Shown one piece after another: positions 22,061 through 34,870 of a stretch of DNA of 64,000 bases; position 1 is the stretch's first letter, and every line of letters begins with the position of its first letter. The notes under the pieces are model-generated. The model saw only the letters and a list, made by a program, of their open reading frames with translations. It did not search any database and had not been told where the DNA came from. Source of the DNA: Scyliorhinus canicula (Eukaryota); NCBI RefSeq assembly GCF_902713615.1, contig NW_024056036.1, forward strand, positions 124,001 through 188,000, in the 5' to 3' direction. Both the position numbers and the translations under genes were made by a program.

Positions 22061-22154
22061 TCTCGTGCTTCCAAGTTTGCATTTTGCTGAATATTACCTC
22101 AATCTCGTAATTGGTCTCAATCAACGAGGAATAGCCAATGACGTGCATCGCTGT

Positions 22155-22218
22155 GGCCGAGTGGCGCAATGGATAACGCTTCTGACTACGAATTCCAGGT
22201 TCCACTCCTGGCTGGCTT
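22155..22218 (+). pseudogene. tRNA-Arg(ACG) pseudogene
   Basis: GTGGCGCAATGGATAACGC..TGACTACG; deletion of anticodon 3' stem/variable region versus the 40067 copy. Confidence 0.7.
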
Positions 22219-22476
22219 ACAGTTCAGAGCTTTTGCGTGCGCTTTAACTCAGTGGGTGGGACAGCTGATTCTTTGTGCAGAAAAATGAAGATTGCGTTTC
22301 GTCATTTATTTAGGTTTTTGGGAGACAATATTTAACATTTGTGTTTTGATGTGTATTTCAATAAACCCAATCAGTAGTTATACATTAGATTGAAGAGAAT
22401 CCGTCAGCAGAGGGAGGCAGGCAGCAGTGTGCTGATTAGAAAGTCACGAGAGATCAATGCCAAAGCCAATAGGGAC

Positions 22477-22540
22477 GTGGAGATGCCGGCGTCGGCCTGG
22501 GCGAGCAGTAAGAAGTCTGACAACACCAGGTTAAAGTCCA
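22477..22540. mobile_element. Fragment of the hammerhead mini-element (no catalytic core)
   Basis: GTGGAGATGCCGGCG..GTAAGAAGTCTGACAACACCAGGTTAAAGTCCA matches the arm of the 14169 element. Confidence 0.6.
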
Positions 22541-22557
22541 ATCATGATGGTATCCTG

Positions 22558-22567
22558 AGTGATGTCA
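22558..22567 (+). promoter_or_regulatory. TCR V-promoter decamer AGTGATGTCA
   Basis: 113 bp upstream of ATG 22680. Confidence 0.7.
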
Positions 22568-22679
22568 CAATAGGCCTGACCCCCTGTGGCTGGAACAGTG
22601 TTGACAGAGCCTGGGATCCCTCTCTCTTTCTCATTCTCTGACTCATTTCATTACCATTCACTGAGAAATTTAACCAGAC

Positions 22680-23239
22680 ATGTTTCTAATAATACTGGCG
22701 ACGCTCTGGGACGGTCAGTATACGATTAGGTTCATCGTGACAGTTTAGCATATTGATTGCAAATAGTTTGCACTCAACATTAATATCGTTAACGATAAGA
22801 TATGTACATGTTATGTGTAGCTTGGCAAATGAGAGTTTACACACTTACGTCTCGATAGACACACGTTTCGCTTGACCCTATTTAATCTCGTGCTCTTTTG
22901 TTCATCTACTTTCACAGGGGGATTATGTGCATTGACTCAGTCTCCAGTGACATTAACTGTGTTAGAAGAGCGTTCGGCGCAGTTAATTTGCGAGTATACA
23001 GATCAGGGTATAAACACCATGCAATGGTATCGGCAGAAACAGGCACATCCTCCAATTTGCATAATTTACAAAGTAGCAGTACTGAAGAAACATAAAATCT
23101 CAGGACGATATATGGCGACTGATGATTAGTCTACAAAGTCTGGTTACCTGAACATAAGCGCCCTGAATGTGGAGACGGGGTTTATTACTGTTCAGTGAGG
23201 CACAGTGTCTGATACAAGACAAGAAGTCGTACAAAGACC
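22680..23239 (+). pseudogene. TCR V pseudogene (leader 22680-22713, V exon 22918-23200, RSS 23201-23239)
   Basis: MFLIILATLWD; QSPVTLTV..LICEY..WYRQ; TAG at 23127 and frameshift before YYC; RSS CACAGTG-23-ACAAAGACC. Confidence 0.85.
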
Positions 23240-23258
23240 TCCTTTCTTCTCGGCTAAG

Positions 23259-23637
23259 TGTTTTTGATGCCTCTAACTGCGAAAGTCTATTTCCGTGCTC
23301 GCAGTGAACAAAACTGACAGGTTTATGTGAGACACATTTGCATTGATGTCTTTATCCTTGTCCACCTGAACAGAAAGCCGGTCTAGGAAACCCTGAGACT
23401 TATCTCCATGATCCGAGTTATATCACCACAGCAATTATTTCGGAGCTTAACCTGAATATTGATGTTCCAACAGAGGCGACCCAGGAGTAGTGAGTCTGTG
23501 TTACTTGTTGCGGCAAAAGAACACAGGCTGTGTCAGAGTCTGGGATGGATACTAACACATGGAATAAACAATGTCCCTTTGAACATAGTCTTACCAAGCA
23601 GCACGGCCATTATCAGAAACGGCCCTGGAGAGAACAC
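23259..23637 (-). pseudogene. Decayed V gene of the 28867 family
   Basis: Leader GTG-FSPGPFLIMAVLL-G/GTAAG (ATG>GTG); GFLDRLSVQVDKDK resembles DFPDRFSADLDKDK; RSS relic CACGGAA-23-TCAAAAACA. Confidence 0.65.
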
Positions 23638-24361
23638 GGTGTCTAATGTAGACTTCAGCGGAAAAAGAATCCTTGTTATTAAACGCAGATCAGAAACAGA
23701 TTTCATTTATCTGGCGACTAAGGGACGTTTTCCAGCGACAGTGTTACAAACTGTAGGTCCGTCTCAGCTGCTTTTTGCAGAGCTAACCGCTGTTCCACCG
23801 CAGCCCAATGGTGCTTTAGCATCTGGACTTGGGGAACAGGCTGTCAGTGAATCTAAGCAACGCGAACAGAGATCTAGCCAGTATCCTTATAAGAATACAG
23901 GTTTCACTGTTAGGCACGGGGTAGGAATGGCCCCGGTCATCTGGTTATTGTCAGGCGGAAGAATTAGGCTGTGAATTGTGTCAGAAAACATTCAAATAAA
24001 CATTTGTAAATAAACATTGAGGTAATTCTGAGCTTTTGGCTTGTTACCAGCAAATTAGTCGAGCCAAATAGACACTATGTGCCGGCTGTGGTCGAAGAGA
24101 CCCAGAAACTGAGAGCGTGAATGGGGAAAGGATTTCACATTGATTCCGAAAGACAGAACAAGATCACAAAAAGGCAGAAAGTGTGTGAACGCACCACAAA
24201 TTAATTTTTGAAATTAATCTACAGTATAGCTGCGAGTTAAAAATCGAACTAATAACATTCCTCAGCTGCTGCTTACGTTATTGTTGGGTGTTGTGTTTTG
24301 TTCTCATATCTTAATCATGACCCTCACAGGCTCAGTTATTGTTTATGTTTTCAGTGCGAGC

Positions 24362-24375
24362 GCGCCCTCTGCTGA
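24362..24375 (-). promoter_or_regulatory. Putative CTCF-binding element (RSS-adjacent)
   Basis: TCAGCAGAGGGCGC, 24 bp 3' of the nonamer at 24400. Confidence 0.7.
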
Positions 24376-24399
24376 CAATAACTGGAACTCTCACGCTGG

Positions 24400-24863
24400 G
24401 GTTTTTGTACAGGCTCCACTATTTCTCTGCATCAGTGTGTGCTCCATGGCACAGAAATACACGGCGGTGTCGGAGAGAAGCGGCGCGGCGATATTTAAAG
24501 GAACCGTTTTGTTTTCTTTGTTTAAAATAGCCGAGAACCTGGTTGGCAAATCTTGAGACGTAGCTCCTGAGCTATATATCTTGAATAAATATTTCGGAGC
24601 TTCCCCGGGAGACTGGATGTACCAGAACAGAGTTAGAGTACCAGTTGTCGAGTAGCTGCAGCCCAGTGTTATTGCCCGTCCTTCCAGAACTGTTAATTCA
24701 GCGGGATCCTGGAACACTTCATCTTTGCCATTTGTTCCTGCAACAAATTACAGAATCTATTAAATACCTGGGAGCGAACGCTGGGAACAGACAGTGACCA
24801 TTTGAACATAGACTCACCGGGCAGCAAGACCAACAGTATTAGAAAAGAACATCGAGACAACAT
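24400..24863 (-). CDS. TRAV/TRDV: TCR alpha/delta V gene, intact (leader 24863-24818, V exon 24737-24440, RSS 24439-24400)
   Basis: MLSRCSFLILLVLLP/GTNGKDEVFQDP..ITLGCSY..WYIQSPG..DTAVYFCAME; RSS CACACTG-24-ACAAAAACC. Confidence 0.9.
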
Positions 24864-25259
24864 GGTTGCTGCTTTAGAATTTCACATAAGTCACAGAATT
24901 GTTAAAACATGTTAACTCTTATAGTCTGACATGAAAAAGGAAATTCAAAGGCAGATTTCATTTATTGGGTAACTAAGGGGCGTGGCCCAATGGTAGGATT
25001 GGCTGGCTTCTCATTGCTGCTGATCACGCAAGTGAACACATGTGCTCCCTGTCAGCAATTGGCTAACACTCAGTATTAGTGTCAGCTCAGTGACTAACTC
25101 TTTCTCTAGATCGCACTGTCTGTCTTTTTCTGCGTCCTTTGTTCTTCTCGATGTTTGTCTGGCTCTTTCAATCGTTAAGTATGTCTGTGTGCCAATCTCT
25201 TTCCTCTGTATCTCGGAACCTCTCTCTCCTTCTACCCCGTGTCAGGAAAGCGCAGAATG

Positions 25260-25445
25260 GGAGCGTCACGGTGGCGCAGTGGTTAGCACTGCTACCTCAC
25301 GGTGCTGAGGAGCCGCGTTTGATCCTCGGTCTCGGGCACTGTCCATGTGCAGTTTGTGCGTTCTCCCCGTGTCTGTGAGGATCTCACCCCGACGAACACA
25401 AAGATGTGCAGGGTAGGTGGATTGGCCACGCTAATTTGCCCCTGG
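25260..25445 (+). mobile_element. HE1-like SINE
   Basis: CACGGTGGCGCAGTGGTTAGCACTGC..GTAGGTGGATTGGCCACGCTAA. Confidence 0.75.
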
Positions 25446-25975
25446 ATTGAAATCAAAATGAATTGTGTACTTTAAATTTATTAAAACAAAGGAAAGTGCA
25501 GAATGTGGAACATTCATTTTCTCCCAGTCTGCCATGTCAACAACATCACCAAACAACGTGTTCCAAGAAGGAGGGAGCAGAAGCATCAGGCAAAATATAC
25601 TCCCCGGAACTCTGAGACACTCAATTAGAAATCAAACTGCCTCTCGGATGAATTGCAGATCCGGGAATTCACGAGAAATGTCTTCACCCAGTAGAGGTTA
25701 GAATATGGAAATGTCCATTACAAGTACTGACAGAGGCGAATTGATGCATTTAAGGGACCAAGGAGGCAGGAAGGTTTGGAAGGATATCCTCGAGTGAGAT
25801 GAAACTGGTTAGAGGATATTGGTAGGACGTGTGAGCATCTAGGTACTGAGTCAGATGTTCTTTTCATGGGTATAAATTCTATTTAATTTTATAGAACACA
25901 GTCTGCGAGTTTTTACTGTCAGTTCAGTTGAATTTTTAAGCAATGATTTCCGCTTTCTATAACCGTGTATTCCAG

Positions 25976-26310
25976 CTCTCAGCAATGGAGATTCTGTTAC
26001 TCAGCGGGAATCCTCACTCGCACACGTAGAGGGGAAGATGTCACTTTAACCTGCACTTATACCGACGATACATTTTACTTATTCTTGTCACCGTCAGTAC
26101 CCTGACAGACAGCCTGGGGTTGCTGCCTGGAGGCACGAGAACGGCAGGGATTCACTTAAGGCGGATTTCACGCAGAAATTATTTTTCAATTCAGTCCAAC
26201 AGTCAGACAAGTTGTACCCCTTGACAATCTCGGAGCTGCGGCTGTCTGACACAGCGGTCTATTACTGTGCACAGAGTGTCGCAGTGATGGGAGCGAGTAA
26301 AAACTGCCGC
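25976..26310 (+). pseudogene. TCR V exon pseudogene (no leader found)
   Basis: TTCCAG acceptor; SNGDSVTQRES..[fs]EDVTLTCTY..[fs]RQYPDRQP..SDTAVYYCAQS; heptamer CGCAGTG. Confidence 0.8.
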
Positions 26311-27578
26311 AAGTTTCTGGGTCACAGCTGCTGTATGTTGAAGAGTTTTTAAACAGCAGATCGGCTACTGATAAGTTAATAGATTCTCGTGCACATAAAC
26401 TACAGCACAATCCATAGCAACACCGCCTAAAATGGTTCGCATTGAATAGTGATTCAGTCTGATTGTTGCATTAACTGTGAGAGGGAGGAATTGCTGCTGT
26501 TCATTTCGAGTCTCGGAGAACTCGCTACTACCATTGCGAGTACTGCCACCCGTGGGTCTGGAACTATTTACATCCGTGCACCTCTGATGAGGAAATGAAA
26601 CTCAGAGTGAGAGCAAAGACTTTTCTGTTTGTGACATCAGTCTATAATGTAAACCGAATCCAGCATGGTGAGGAGACTCCTAATCAATAGAATTGGCCGA
26701 TAAAATTCCTCTCAATGTTAAATACACTAACGAATATTAAAACTAAGAATGAACAGTCACATGAACAGTTATAAAGGGGTATTTTCAGGACATGATTAGA
26801 AGCCAATGAAAATAATATAGTAAACTGTGAGGTCAGGCGTTGTGCGTTTTCGGTAGCGGAATGGTCACCGAATGGTCGGAAAAACGGGTTAATGGAAGAA
26901 TAACCAGAACATTTTCTTCACTACATGTTCTGCAGCTTTGGATTTGGATTTTAGTGTCACAAGTGCCGAGGTAGAATGAAAAATATTGTTCTGCGTACAG
27001 TCCAGTCAGATTGTTGGATTAATGAAAAACAGGATATACGATAGATGCACAATATAAATCTATAGGCACAGACATCGGGTGAGCATACGCAGTGTAGTAT
27101 AATAATAATATTAATAATCTTTATTAGTGTCACAAGTAGGCTTACATTAACAATGCAATGGAGTTACTGTGAAAATCCCCATGTCGCCACACAAGGACAG
27201 TTCAGTTCATAAGAGGGTCATTCAGAAGTCTGGTAACAGCGGGGAAGAAGCTGTTTTTGAATCCAGCTTATATGCCTGCTATTGCGGCTGCATTTACTTG
27301 TTGTGTTACTTCCTGTAACCGCTACATCACATCGTTAAGTATTGTTTTCAACATTTCTTTCGCGACATTGTTCAATTACAAAATGGTACAAATGCTCCAA
27401 ATATTTCTTTTCATTCTGTCTAGAATGTATTTAATGTGAATGGAATGGAACAGAACTTTCCCAATGCACACTATTACTTTCGGCTTTATACTTATTTCAA
27501 TATTTTCAAATTAGAACAATCTGCAGGTTTATCTCCCAATCTGTACCCAGTTCCATTCACCGTGTCACACTGCGACAG

Positions 27579-28120
27579 TGATTTTGTACCAGACTCCCTC
27601 TAGTTGCTGTCACTGTCTCTCAGTCCGCAGTAATACAGCAGCATATACCGCGCTGTCAAACAGCAACAGTTCCCGGATGTTGAAATTACCCTCACTCCTC
27701 GAACTGTCCAAAGATGCAGAAAATCGACTGCCCACGCCCACTGCTCTGGAAACATCTCCGTAATTAGGAATGTAGATCCTAATGTAGCTTCGTCCCGGTC
27801 CTGACGGTACAATTGCAAATAATATGTACCAGCTGTGGTCGAATAGCTGAAATCAATAGTAGATTCTCCTTCAAACTTTGTCGCTGTAACAGGTTCCTGT
27901 GAAACCATATCTGCACCGACAGTACCTGCGAAAAATAGAAATCCGAGCTTAAACTTTGTATTACTTTGTTAGAAATCATGCAATCATGGAATTGTATATA
28001 TTACAGTTAAGGGTGGATCACAATGTAAGTATCGCGAGCTGTCTGGAAATTGTGCCCCTTGGGAACTTACCAGTTAAGTGAGTTGCAGCTCTGATGAAAA
28101 TGTAACAGGCATCTCAACAT
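27579..28120 (-). pseudogene. TCR V pseudogene (leader 28120-28071, V exon 27925-27618)
   Basis: GTVGADMVSQEP..; first Cys and Trp lost, frameshifts; RFSASLDSS; YYCGLR; RSS GACAGTG-23-ACAAAATCA. Confidence 0.8.
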
Positions 28121-28866
28121 GTTCACAGAGATGGTAGTGGATTTGAACTGTGAGTTGCAGCTGAATTGTTGCAGTCCAGAGTTCAGAAGATGTGAGTAAT
28201 ATCCGGCCTCACTACCGATTGGTTCATTCCCGACAGAGTCAGCAGGAGACACCCAATCAGCTCAAAGCTCCTGTGTCCTACATTTCATCCAATTAGATCC
28301 GTTTCTTTGTTACGTCAGAGCGAGGAGCCCGGAACCACTTACACCTGTTTTCAGAACAATGAACTAAACACAAGAACATCAGATGATGAGGAGCAGGATC
28401 TGCAGTGGACGATTTGCCCCTTCACATGGGGGTGCTCTGCAATTGTACAGATCATAGTTGTTCGACCTGGAATCTAATTTCCTGCACCACCCTCATCTCC
28501 CTTATTTCCCCGAATATCCCCAAATCCAACATAGGTCTCGAAACAACTAAACGACGAATAACTGTCGCTCTCTGTGACACAGAAAGGGCGTGAAAGCGAA
28601 TGTTGGTCCTGTTACTGAGCGTATCTTTGAGACAGGGCACAGATGGATGCTTTTTAGTGTTGTCATGACGGTGGCATTTGGAGAGCTGCTCGCAAAGCAC
28701 AGAAACTACTATAAAAAGGGATTTAGCAGACAATGATACACGTTCAGCACTACAGAAAGAAATAATTAGGGCTAGCTGCTCTTTATAATATTGCTTTGTT
28801 TACATAAATAGTTCACAATCCAGGTGAAAGATCTAATTCAGTGAATTGAGGTGAGAGTGCTTTACC

Positions 28867-29343
28867 GGTTTTTGTACGGGTTGAGAGTCCCTCTGTAACA
28901 GTGTGGACCTCAGAGCACAGAGATACACGGCAGAGTCAGAGACACGGACCCCGGTGATATTTAAAGGAATCGTTTTCTTATCCTTGTCTAAATCAGCAGA
29001 AAACCGGTCAGGGAAATCTGAAGACCTTTCTCCCTTCCCCGCGCTATATTTCTTCAGTAGATATCTCGGAGCTTCCCCTGGATACTGGATGTACCAGAAG
29101 AGAGTCTCGCCAGTATATTTTGCTTTGTAACTGCAGTTCAATATTGTTGTCTGTCCTTCCTGAACCGGTAATTCAGGCGGCTCCTGGGAAACCGAATCTT
29201 GGCCACTGGTTCCTGTAACAACATATAGAATGTGTCAGAAATCTGTGAGTAAATATAACCCATGAAACACAGGAGGAGGATTTGAGCTCAGACTCACCGG
29301 GCAGCAAGACCATTATTATCAGTAAATCACACAGGGAGCACAT
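28867..29343 (-). CDS. TRAV/TRDV: TCR alpha/delta V gene, intact (leader 29343-29298, V exon 29212-28906, RSS 28905-28867)
   Basis: MCSLCDLLIIMVLLP/GTSGQDSVSQ..LNCSY..WYIQYPG..DSAVYLCALR; RSS CACACTG-23-ACAAAAACC. Confidence 0.92.
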
Positions 29344-29487
29344 GGTTCCTGATTGAACAGTAAAAAGCGACACTGTTTCAAATATGTTGCTGCTTCTAGT
29401 CTCATATCAAAGTGCAAACCCAGACCAGTGGCAAAGAGTAAACGCAGATCAATTCTTGGGAAACTGAGGGACGTTTGTCAGTACTAC

Positions 29488-29530
29488 GATTGGCTGGTCT
29501 CTCAGCTCTGACGTCAGCTGAGGGCCAATC
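29488..29530. promoter_or_regulatory. Palindromic CRE flanked by two CCAAT boxes
   Basis: GATTGG..TGACGTCA (29509-29516)..GCCAATC, about 165 bp upstream of ATG 29343. Confidence 0.6.
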
Positions 29531-30229
29531 ACTGTCAGGTGAGCGTTTATTAATGCGGGTTCTCTCCAATCGCATTCCACCCCTGGCTGTGTGTTTGTCT
29601 TTCTCGCTCCCTTCCTCACATTGCCGTCATTCTGTCTCTTTCTCGGTTAAAATCGCTTTCCTTCGACCTCAACTTTCACATCTTTCCTGAGGTAGATATT
29701 CCTCCCCACAAAATATGAAAGATAAAATAAATATTTTAATATCAGTCTCACACACAGATATTAACGAGGCCATTCAGTGCACGAACATAATTAATAATTA
29801 CTGGTTTAAGGGTACACGGGATAAATAGTCATCCAACTCTACACCAAGATGCGCTTCCACTGGGGTCTCTTGTACCGGTAAAGTACTGATTTCAGTCAGT
29901 CATCACTTGTACCCCAGGAAATTTAAACAGTGACAACTCTGAATTTGATCATTTTTAAAAAGTGCTGCATGGTAGATTACCACCTGATCAAGAAGTTTCA
30001 CAAATACAGATTGATGAAATGATCCTCCGGGATCGGCAGGTTTATATAAATGGGATCGGGAAATTATGGAATTTGATTCTGGGGTATAATGACCGTCAAA
30101 TGTCCAATGGCCCAACAGTGACAAACATTGATCTCATTGAGGGAAACCCATTCAGATGGAGTTGGATTGTCCAGTTTATTATCTGTACCAATGCAACTCC
30201 TTGTGCTTACTTGATACGGAAATTGCGCC

Positions 30230-30740
30230 AGTTTGTGTATGAGCCCCGCCGGGCCCTTATCCACTGTGTGTCTCAGCGCGCAGTAATACACGGCGCTGTC
30301 TGTCATCTTCAAATCTGTCAGGGACAAGTGAAAAGTGCTTTGTGTCGGGTTGAGTTTCCCGCTGAAGCGTTCAAAGCCGGGAGCCGTCTCGTTGAACCCA
30401 TAACTATCGGCTCTGAGTAGATATCGCGGAGCTCGGTGTGGATACTGGCGATACCAGAAGAGGTAATAGCTTGCAGCTGAACTCGATACCGAGTAACTGC
30501 AGGGTATGGCTGAATCTTCACCCTCTTCTGCGTCGACTCGTTGTTCTTCCTGAGACACCGAGTCTCCCTTACTCATCCCTAAAAAGAAAAAGCTGGTTAG
30601 AAGGAGAAACGTGAAGCGGATGAGCACCCGAAGATGGAAATAAGAACACATTTGGGAATTGGAGGATTCAGTACAGAGGCTCAATATAACCAACCTGTCA
30701 TCAGGACAATAACCAGAGACAGGCAGAGTATCAGCCCCAT
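30230..30740 (-). CDS. TRAV/TRDV: TCR alpha/delta V gene, intact (leader 30740-30695, V exon 30578-30269, RSS 30268-30230)
   Basis: MGLILCLSLVIVLMT/GMSKGDSVSQ..IPCSY..YLFWYRQYP..DSAVYYCALR; RSS CACAGTG-23-ACACAAACT. Confidence 0.92.
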
Positions 30741-30927
30741 GGTTCGAATCTGAACTCCAGAAACAGACAGTTGTCACTGACTGGACCAGCCCTGTAATTG
30801 GCGGAGATGAAACAATTAGCGAGATGTTATGAGTTCGAATCCGATTTCTTCGCTCCGCCCACCTTCACGTCTTAAAGCGGCCGCTTCCTCTGGAACGGGT
30901 CGGTGATGTTTGATACGTGATCAGAGA

Positions 30928-30941
30928 GCGCCCTCCTGTGG
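30928..30941 (-). promoter_or_regulatory. Putative CTCF-binding element (promoter type, weaker)
   Basis: CCACAGGAGGGCGC, 12/14, about 190 bp upstream of ATG 30740. Confidence 0.5.
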
Positions 30942-32284
30942 ACAGCGCAACCGCCTATTGGAAACACACACGGCCACGTGCAACGACATGTACGAAAACA
31001 TCATCCAGATATGCACAGACACTGCAATAACTTCCAACATTCGTTGACATGATTTTTGAGTGCACATTAGTCTGAGTTGCTAATGATGAAAGTAAGTGAA
31101 TATGTCCACCTCCCAGCCGCCTCCTTTACACCACAGAATCAGCACAAACATAGACACAGACGGTAAACACAGTGATCGACCCACAAACTGATCTCTCAAA
31201 CAGACACACAGCCAACCATTAAAGTAAATAAGGAACCAGATTAACACAGCTATAGAAACACAAACGAGAAATTCCGTCAGAGGCACTTTCAAAAACCTTG
31301 GACTTGTCAGAGCGAGCTTTCTGGGATGGAAATCCCCGAGGTTGTGTCAGTGTGGTAATATCATGTTGGATATTCATTGCGATCAATTGTACATGTTAGC
31401 AGCATGAACATCCCGGAATGTATTTCCCATTAACCGTGAGGTTAATTTATAAAAACGACCAGCCTTTGTATTACGTCATAAGTTGTATTACGTTAGGGTT
31501 GGCTTACCCTGTCTCTCCATTAGTCCACCCGTCCGGCGTGTTCTTAAAAAAGATAAAATGCTATCAGCTTTAATATTAATTCCATCTGTCTGTCTATCTA
31601 TGTATCTATCTATCGAGCAATCGATTGATATGTCCATCTAATATATCGACGCAACCATCAACCTTATGAGATAACTTTCCATTAATTCTTCAGTTTGCTG
31701 TGTGGGTTAACCACAAATAGGAGTGGTTCCTGGAGATGGGGTCGGGCAGTGAGTAACAGAAGCTCAATCCGCTGAGCTTTTATTGTATCTGCTCAACCTC
31801 CAAATGTGAACTTTTTTGTTCTACTTTTATTGTCAGACCTGGACAATGCTTCCACGTTCGTACTTCATACATATTTCTATGGAACGAAAGAGGTTAACAT
31901 TCGTTTCCTTTTCTTCTGAATACGCCAAAGAATATCACAATTTTCACATTGAATGGGCTGCAGCTGACTGACAGCGCTGTCTGCTGAGGTCAACACACAA
32001 AGGCCCCGGGACAACTGGGACCATTACCCTGTCTGTGACGTAATTTGAAGAGAGATTCGTTCAAACCTACCACCAGGTGGCGCATCCCACCGCCTGTCAC
32101 GTTGCAACAACCAATACTGACTGACGCGTTCTCAATGTAACAACTGGTACAATTCAGACGTAACAATGAACGTCGTCTCACAGCTTCTTCGTTCAGAAAC
32201 TTAGCTCACTGTTATGAGCAATTCTGCAAACAAAAGTTGCAGAATGTTTTAAATTAACTTGATCTTTGGCGGAATCTATCACTG

Positions 32285-32945
32285 AAAACAAGAATGCAGG
32301 TGCTTCAAACAGTTTGGCGGGCAAGTGGTATGTTGCCCTTAATTGCAAGAGGACCTGCGAACAGGGGCGAGGCTGTCTTACAGCAGATATGTAGGGTATT
32401 GGTGGGCGTCACCTGGAATATAGGGAGCAGATTTAGACTCCTTACCTCAGAATGGAAATGCTTTCCGTGGAGGCAGTGCAGCGACTGTTCATCAGGATAA
32501 TGCCTGGAATGGCACCATTATCGTGTGAGGACAGATTGGATGAAAAAGGCCTGATTTCCCTGGAGTTTAGAAGAATGAGAGGCGATCTCGTTGAAGTATA
32601 AAATTCTGATAGGGTTGGACAGACTGGATGCAGGGAAGATGTTTCCTCTGGGAGTGGCCAACAAGAGGTCACGGTCTCAGGGTGAGCCGTTTAGGACAGA
32701 GATGAGGAGGAAGGTTTCACTCAAAGGTTTTGAACACGCAGAATTATCTACGACAAGTGGCTGCAGAGGGCAAATTACCAAATATATTTCTGAAGGAAAT
32801 GAATGAAGTTCTCGTCTCTAAAGCCGACAAGGGGTATGGGACAGAGCTGGAGTCTGGTATCGAGATAGAGAATCACCCGATACACTATTGAATGGCGAAG
32901 CAGGCTCGAAGGGCCGAATATCCGATTCCTGCTCATACTTTATAT
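32285..32945 (+). mobile_element. Degenerate CR1 LINE 3' part
   Basis: YKILIGLDRLDAGKMFPL..FRTEMRR, similar to the C-terminus of the 9660 ORF. Confidence 0.7.
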
Positions 32946-33599
32946 ATTTCTAAGATTCTGGTTTTCTTATATTACGCAGGAACACCACACGTTTTATTTT
33001 ATGTTCAGCAACTTCTCTATTATTCCTGCACCAGATGTCACCCAGGGATCTTTTTTACTGCTCCATCAGAGGGTTGGTGATGATTCGATGGACTGAATGG
33101 CCTTCTGCGTTATAAAGATGCTATGATTCTATGAGGCTGGATGGCGTTGGGACGAAATGAAGCTAAAGCGTTAAGATTGGATATTGTGGATCGGAAATGA
33201 ATGTGAAACACGTTGCAGAGCAGTAAATGTTTGTTTCCTTTTCAGCAAGTGGAATAATTAATCAGCATTGTAAGTTTGATTAATCTCACGTCAGGTTTAG
33301 ATTGTAAGGTCCACTCAGTTGCCCAAATCATCACATTGCAACGTGTGGTTCCCATGGCATCACATTCCTCCTTTCAAATAAGATAATCAAAAAAACAAAT
33401 TGACAGCAATTGAGGCATTTTGCAATTTCGCTGACCTTAACTCACATTAATCTACAATTTAAATTTTGGGACCACCAGCGAAGGCTATGACCTGGTACAT
33501 CAGTGGAAATGCTTTGTTAATAAATTAAGCCGTGCGATGATTTATTAAGGGAAAATAATGTTTAATTAAGTTGCTTGAATTTTCTGCTGAATAGCAAAG

Positions 33600-34720
33600 A
33601 TGGTTGATCTGAGTATTGCTGTTGATGAACTTCCAAATGCCATTTGATAACGTGCTGCAGCGCCACCTTGTGAGCAATAAAGGAGCTCCTGAGGTAAAAT
33701 GGACAGCAGCAAGGTGGACACGAAATTTCCAGGAAACAACTAGCTGTATGGATCAGCTTTTTCTCGGAGTGAAGGGACGTTGTGATGAAGTTTTGCGTTT
33801 ATAAGGCAAACACTTACGGGACAATGTGAGTTTTGCATATATTGCGGCCTTATATATGACACATTAATGACCTGGACCTTGTTTGATAGGGGAGATTTTC
33901 AACATCTGCGAATGATACACAATGTGACGGTGTTGCGAACCATCCGTAGGATAATGTACAACTTCAAAATAGCAAACACAGGAATGGGTGGGAAATTGGC
34001 AGATTAAAGTTAGTGCAGTAAAGTTTGAAGTAATTCATATGCCTTGCAGACCGCAGAAAGACAAATGAAAATAAAGGGCATAATTCAAAAGGCAATGCAG
34101 GATCAGAGGGAGCTTTTACAAAGGGTCATCTGGACTCAAAACGCCAGCTATTTTCTCTCCTTACAGATGCTGCCAGACCTGCTGAGATTTTCCAGCATTT
34201 TCTCTTTTGGTTTCAGATTCCAGCATTCGCAGTAATTTGCTTTTACCCGAGGGGCCTGTTTATATGTAGATAAATTACTGATGGGAATAGGACAGTTGAG
34301 AGCGCGGTCATTAAAATAATTAATAAAGGAAATTATCAATGGGTATATAAAATACAGAGGAATGGACGTTATGTTAAACTTGTATTAAATCCTGAACCCA
34401 CTGAACTGAAGCATTGTGGGTATCACACTTAAGGGACAATGTGAGTCATTAGGGTGGGTGCAGAAAATGCTCACGGGAATAGCTCCAGAGATGAGCAACT
34501 TCATCTCCGAAGATAGATTGGACAAGTTGCGACTATTTCTCTTGAGCAGGTTATGACGTGATCTGACGGAGATATTCAAAATCATGAGGGTTCTCTCCAG
34601 AGTAGATATGGAGGAACCTATCCCACTGGCGGGAGAGCCGAGTGCCTGATTGAAGGAATTGGGAAAATAAGCATGGAGACATGAGGAGAAACCTTTTCAC
34701 CCAGTCAGTGGTTAGGGTGG
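33600..34720 (+). mobile_element. Old CR1 fragments interrupted by a short Penelope-type terminus (about 34110-34245)
   Basis: Decayed FQ.AFD.V and L.Y motifs; GATGCTGCCAGACCTGCTGAGATTTTCCAGC terminus. Confidence 0.5.
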
Positions 34721-34870
34721 ACTGTGAAGTTCAATATGGCTCCTGTATTTCTGTTCCTCAGCCTGGTGATGACGTGAATGTCACGAGATTCGCTCCAACC
34801 TTACAGCAAAATATTACACGCACATTACCAGACCAATCACACAACAGTAAATAGTTACTCGTCATGCTTT

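Noticed and set aside
23459-23974. 171-aa plus-strand ORF as a novel gene
   Set aside because: No recognisable domain; overlaps antisense the leader and promoter of a decayed V
26576-26610. CTGATGAG..GAAACTC hammerhead-like string
   Set aside because: No stem II can form between the core halves and stem III is too short
26633-26642. TGACATCAGT decamer-like site
   Set aside because: One mismatch to the decamer and no leader exon found at the expected distance
30579-30652. In-frame hydrophobic MCSYFHLRVLIRFTFLLLTSFFFLG as an unspliced alternative leader (similar at 600 and 53665)
   Set aside because: Explained by the intron polypyrimidine tract; a proper leader exon with GT donor exists at 30740-30695
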